From an uncultured delta proteobacterium (GTDB lineage: Bacteria > Desulfobacterota > Binatia > Bin18): a stretch of DNA of 64,000 nucleotides. The position numbers and the translations under genes were made by a program. Positions 60,956-64,000 of the stretch are shown piece after piece. A model generated the notes under the pieces. That model was not told the origin of the DNA and made no database searches. It saw only the letters and a program-made list of their open reading frames with translations. The stretch is taken from positions 192,001 to 256,000 of the forward strand of contig CAVTCR010000050.1 of assembly GCA_963733195.1 (NCBI GenBank). Reading direction: 5' to 3'. Numbering within the stretch: the stretch's first letter is position 1; the number at the start of each line of letters is the position of its first letter.

Positions 60956-62848
60956 ATGGCTAAAGCAATAGGAATTGATCTTGGTACGACCAACTCGGTC
61001 GTCGCAGTGATGGAGGGCGGAAAACCGACCGTCGTCATCAATAGTGAAGGCAATCGTCTCACTCCCTCTGTTGTCTCCTTTACCAAAACCGGCGAGCGCC
61101 TCGTCGGTCAACTCGCCAAGCGTCAGGCGGTGCTCAACCCCGACCGGACCATCTCCTCGGCCAAGCGGTTCATCGGTCGTCGCTATCCCGAGGTCCAGTC
61201 GGAACTCAAAAATATCCCCTACAAGGTAGTGGCGGGCCCAAACGAGGCGGTGCGGTTCGATATTGGGGATAAACTCTACGCGCCTGAAGAGATTTCCTCA
61301 CAGGTCTTGCGCAAGCTTGCTGACGACGCTGGGAAATATCTGGGGGAAAAGGTAACCGATGCGGTGATCACAGTCCCAGCATACTTCAACGATGCGCAGC
61401 GGCAAGCGACCAAAGACGCAGGCACAATCGCCGGCCTCAACGTCCTGCGTATCATTAATGAGCCAACGGCTGCCGCGCTCGCTTACGGTCTCGAGAAAAA
61501 AGGCAACGAGACGATTCTGGTTTTCGATCTCGGCGGCGGCACGTTTGATGTCTCAATCCTCGACGTCAGCGAAGGTGTCTTTGAGGTCAAAGCGACCGCG
61601 GGTGATACCCACCTCGGCGGTGATGATTTCGATAAGCGCATTGTCGATTGGTTGGCCGAGGAGTTCTTGCGCGATCAAGGGATCGATCTGCGGAAAGACC
61701 GACAGGCGCTACAGCGGCTCACCGAAGCAGCTGAAAAGGCGAAGATCGAACTGTCGAGCGTCGTCGAAACGACGATCAACCTGCCCTTCATCACAGCCGA
61801 TGCGTCGGGGCCAAAACACCTGGAGACGCGACTGCCGCGGGCGAAGTTCGATCAACTGACAGCCGATCTGGTCGAGCGGTGCGCCGGACCGGTCCGCCAA
61901 GCGCTCGCAGACGCGAAACTCACCGAACGAGATATTAATGAAGTCGTGCTCGTCGGCGGGTCGACACGTATTCCAGCCGTTGTCACCCTCGTGCGCCGAC
62001 TGATGGGCGGCAAAGAGCCGAACCAGTCGGTCAACCCAGACGAGGTCGTGGCGGTAGGGGCAGCGATTCAAGCCGGTGTCCTCGCGGGCGAGGTCAAGGG
62101 CGTGTTGTTGCTCGATGTGACCCCGCTCTCATTAGGTGTTGAAACCCTCGGTGGCGTGATGACCAAATTGATCGAGCGCAACACGACGATTCCGGTGCGC
62201 CGCTCTGAAACCTTCTCGACCGCCGACGATAACCAGACCGCCGTCGAGGTCCATGTCCTGCAGGGTGAACGCGAGATGGCGCGAGACAACCGCTCGCTAG
62301 GTCATTTCCGGCTCGAAGGGATCCGACCAGCGCGGCGCGGTGTACCCCAGATCGAAGTGACCTTTGACATTGACGCTAACGGTATTCTTACCGCGACTGC
62401 CCAAGACAAAGATACTGGCAAAGAACAGAAGATCACTATCACCGGCTCGACCCAGCTCGCGAAAGACGAGATTGATCGCATGGTCGCCGATGCCCAGAGT
62501 CACGCGGCCGACGACCGGCGGCGGCGTGAGGAAGTGGAAGCGCGCAATACGGCTGATGCGATGGCCTATCAAGTCGAACGACAACTCCAAGAGCTAGGGG
62601 CGGGCGTGCCGGTCAACGAGAAAGCGCGCGCCGAACAGTTCATTGCAGAGATTCGCCAATTGATACAGAGCAACTCGACCGATATCGCACGGCTCCGACA
62701 ATTGACCGGCGATTTACAACAGCTCGCCGCCGGGCTCGCGGCTGCTCCCTCTAGCCGTGCGGCGGCTGAAGGCGATAGGACTGGAGCGCAGGGCTCACGA
62801 TCAGGCGGACCGGATGATGTCATTGACGCCGACTTCACCCAGAGGTAA
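60956..62848 (+). CDS. dnaK: Molecular chaperone DnaK
   Basis: [37 protein letters not shown]. Confidence 0.97.
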   Translation: MAKAIGIDLGTTNSVVAVMEGGKPTVVINSEGNRLTPSVVSFTKTGERLVGQLAKRQAVLNPDRTISSAKRFIGRRYPEVQSELKNIPYKVVAGPNEAVRFDIGDKLYAPEEISSQVLRKLADDAGKYLGEKVTDAVITVPAYFNDAQRQATKDAGTIAGLNVLRIINEPTAAALAYGLEKKGNETILVFDLGGGTFDVSILDVSEGVFEVKATAGDTHLGGDDFDKRIVDWLAEEFLRDQGIDLRKDRQALQRLTEAAEKAKIELSSVVETTINLPFITADASGPKHLETRLPRAKFDQLTADLVERCAGPVRQALADAKLTERDINEVVLVGGSTRIPAVVTLVRRLMGGKEPNQSVNPDEVVAVGAAIQAGVLAGEVKGVLLLDVTPLSLGVETLGGVMTKLIERNTTIPVRRSETFSTADDNQTAVEVHVLQGEREMARDNRSLGHFRLEGIRPARRGVPQIEVTFDIDANGILTATAQDKDTGKEQKITITGSTQLAKDEIDRMVADAQSHAADDRRRREEVEARNTADAMAYQVERQLQELGAGVPVNEKARAEQFIAEIRQLIQSNSTDIARLRQLTGDLQQLAAGLAAAPSSRAAAEGDRTGAQGSRSGGPDDVIDADFTQR

Positions 62849-62852
62849 TCCG

Positions 62853-63352
62853 ATGTCTCAAGGAGAACAGAACAAGGTGGAACCGGCAAGCGCTGAACAC
62901 GCTGAGATCGAACGACTCACAGCCGAGCTCAGCCGGGAGCATGACCTCTACCTGCGTGCCCTGGCTGATTTCGAGAACTATCGTCGGCGAGTGGAGCGCG
63001 AGCGCGAGAGTGCAGCGAAGCGAGACAAGCGCGAATTGCTGCTGGCGCTGCTCGATCTAGCGGATGACTTCGAGCGAGCGCTGGCCCATGTCAATGACTC
63101 GCCAGAAGCAGTCGTGGCCGGGCTGCACACTATACAGCGGCGGTTGACCAGCGTACTCGAAGCCCAAGGTGTAAAGTCGTTTGATAGTGTCGGCCAAGCA
63201 TTCGATCCAGCCGTGCACGAAGCAGTAGGAACTGTGCAGAGCGATCAGCAGGAAGCAGGGAACCGTGCTCGACGAGCTGAGCCGCGGCTACCACTGGGGC
63301 GACTGAAATGCTCCGGCCGGCACGCGTCCGCGTCGTCCAAGAAAATGGATAG
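62853..63352 (+). CDS. grpE: Nucleotide exchange factor GrpE, frameshifted near the 3' end
   Basis: LRALADFENYRRR, FDPAVHEAV, LRPARVRV in a shifted frame. Confidence 0.9.
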
Positions 63353-63358
63353 GCGAAG

Positions 63359-64000
63359 ATGGCAGTTCAGTTTCGCGACTACTACGACGTGCTCGGCGTC
63401 GCCCGCACAGCGACCGAAGATGACATCAAAAAGGCGTACCGCTCGCTCGCTCGCAAGTATCACCCCGATATCAATCCTGGTGATAAAACCGCCGAGGAAA
63501 AATTCAAAGAACTCAACGAAGCCTACACGGTGCTGTCCGATCAGGAGAAGCGTCAGCGCTACGATCAGCTCGGCGCAGACTGGAAGGCGGGATCCGATTT
63601 CACCCCACCGCCGGGATGGGAGCAGGCGCGTGGCAATTACCAAGACTTTGGTGATCTCTTTGGTGCAGCAGGTACCGGACGCGGCGCTGCGGGCTTCAGC
63701 GATTTCTTTGAGGCGCTTTTCGGCGCTCGTCGTGGGCGCGCAGGGGCCGGCTTCGCTATGCGCGGCTCCGATATCGAAGCCGAAATCCCGCTTACGCTCC
63801 AAGAGGCTCATCGTGGCATCACACGCGGTATCACACTCCAAGGTCCCAACGGTCCGAAGACACTTGAGGTCACCATCCCCGCCGGGATGCGCGAAGGTTC
63901 GGTGATCCGACTCGCCGGTCAGGGCGAACCGGGGATGGGCAACGCCCCTGCCGGTGACCTCTTACTCCACGTGCGACTTGAGCCACACCCTCTCTTCACC
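63359..64000 (+). CDS. DnaJ-class co-chaperone without zinc finger (CbpA-like), runs off the window
   Basis: [39 protein letters not shown]. Confidence 0.9.
   Translation, partial: MAVQFRDYYDVLGVARTATEDDIKKAYRSLARKYHPDINPGDKTAEEKFKELNEAYTVLSDQEKRQRYDQLGADWKAGSDFTPPPGWEQARGNYQDFGDLFGAAGTGRGAAGFSDFFEALFGARRGRAGAGFAMRGSDIEAEIPLTLQEAHRGITRGITLQGPNGPKTLEVTIPAGMREGSVIRLAGQGEPGMGNAPAGDLLLHVRLEPHPLFT

Noticed and set aside
62757-63905. 382-aa extended GrpE ORF
   Set aside because: A frameshift carries it out of frame over the J-protein gene; the true GrpE end is LRPARVRV..stop at 63352.
1-64000. CRISPR array, rRNA or intact IS/prophage
   Set aside because: No regularly spaced repeat-spacer units, rRNA-like sequence, transposase or phage structural genes recognised.

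Overview
Bacterial chromosomal window. Gene content and style resemble Deltaproteobacteria/Binatia-type genomes (inference). Many single-base indel frameshifts, even in conserved genes, suggest long-read assembly error. In order: a fragmented secreted beta-helix-type gene; tRNA-CAT with a ~2.5 kb decayed integrative element that duplicates the 5' half of the tRNA (integrase remnant, B12 radical SAM, Phd/RelE remnants); a thiolase; an antisense four-helix-bundle (Avd/IVP-like) gene bracketed by inverted 7-mer arrays; an amidohydrolase; a sigma54-controlled Tad/Flp pilus locus; a PilZ protein; a tandemly duplicated metallophosphatase with one copy fused to an ExeA-type AAA ATPase; enoyl-CoA hydratase, lipB and a MotB/OmpA protein; a cytochrome c oxidase operon; an ABC transporter; tRNA-Arg(CCG); lipid-metabolism genes (desaturase, hydrolases, DUF1329/DUF1302); MarR plus a molybdopterin oxidoreductase; ArsR and HtrA; a XylR/V4R-sigma54-linked STAS-ycaC-pirin-ABM-Tat amidohydrolase-alginate-export-porin operon; a ferritin-like gene; a cydB remnant; cytochrome c; and dnaK-grpE-cbpA. 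A 39-bp palindrome plus sigma54 motif module occurs twice near the end. Family assignments come from motif recognition, not database searches.
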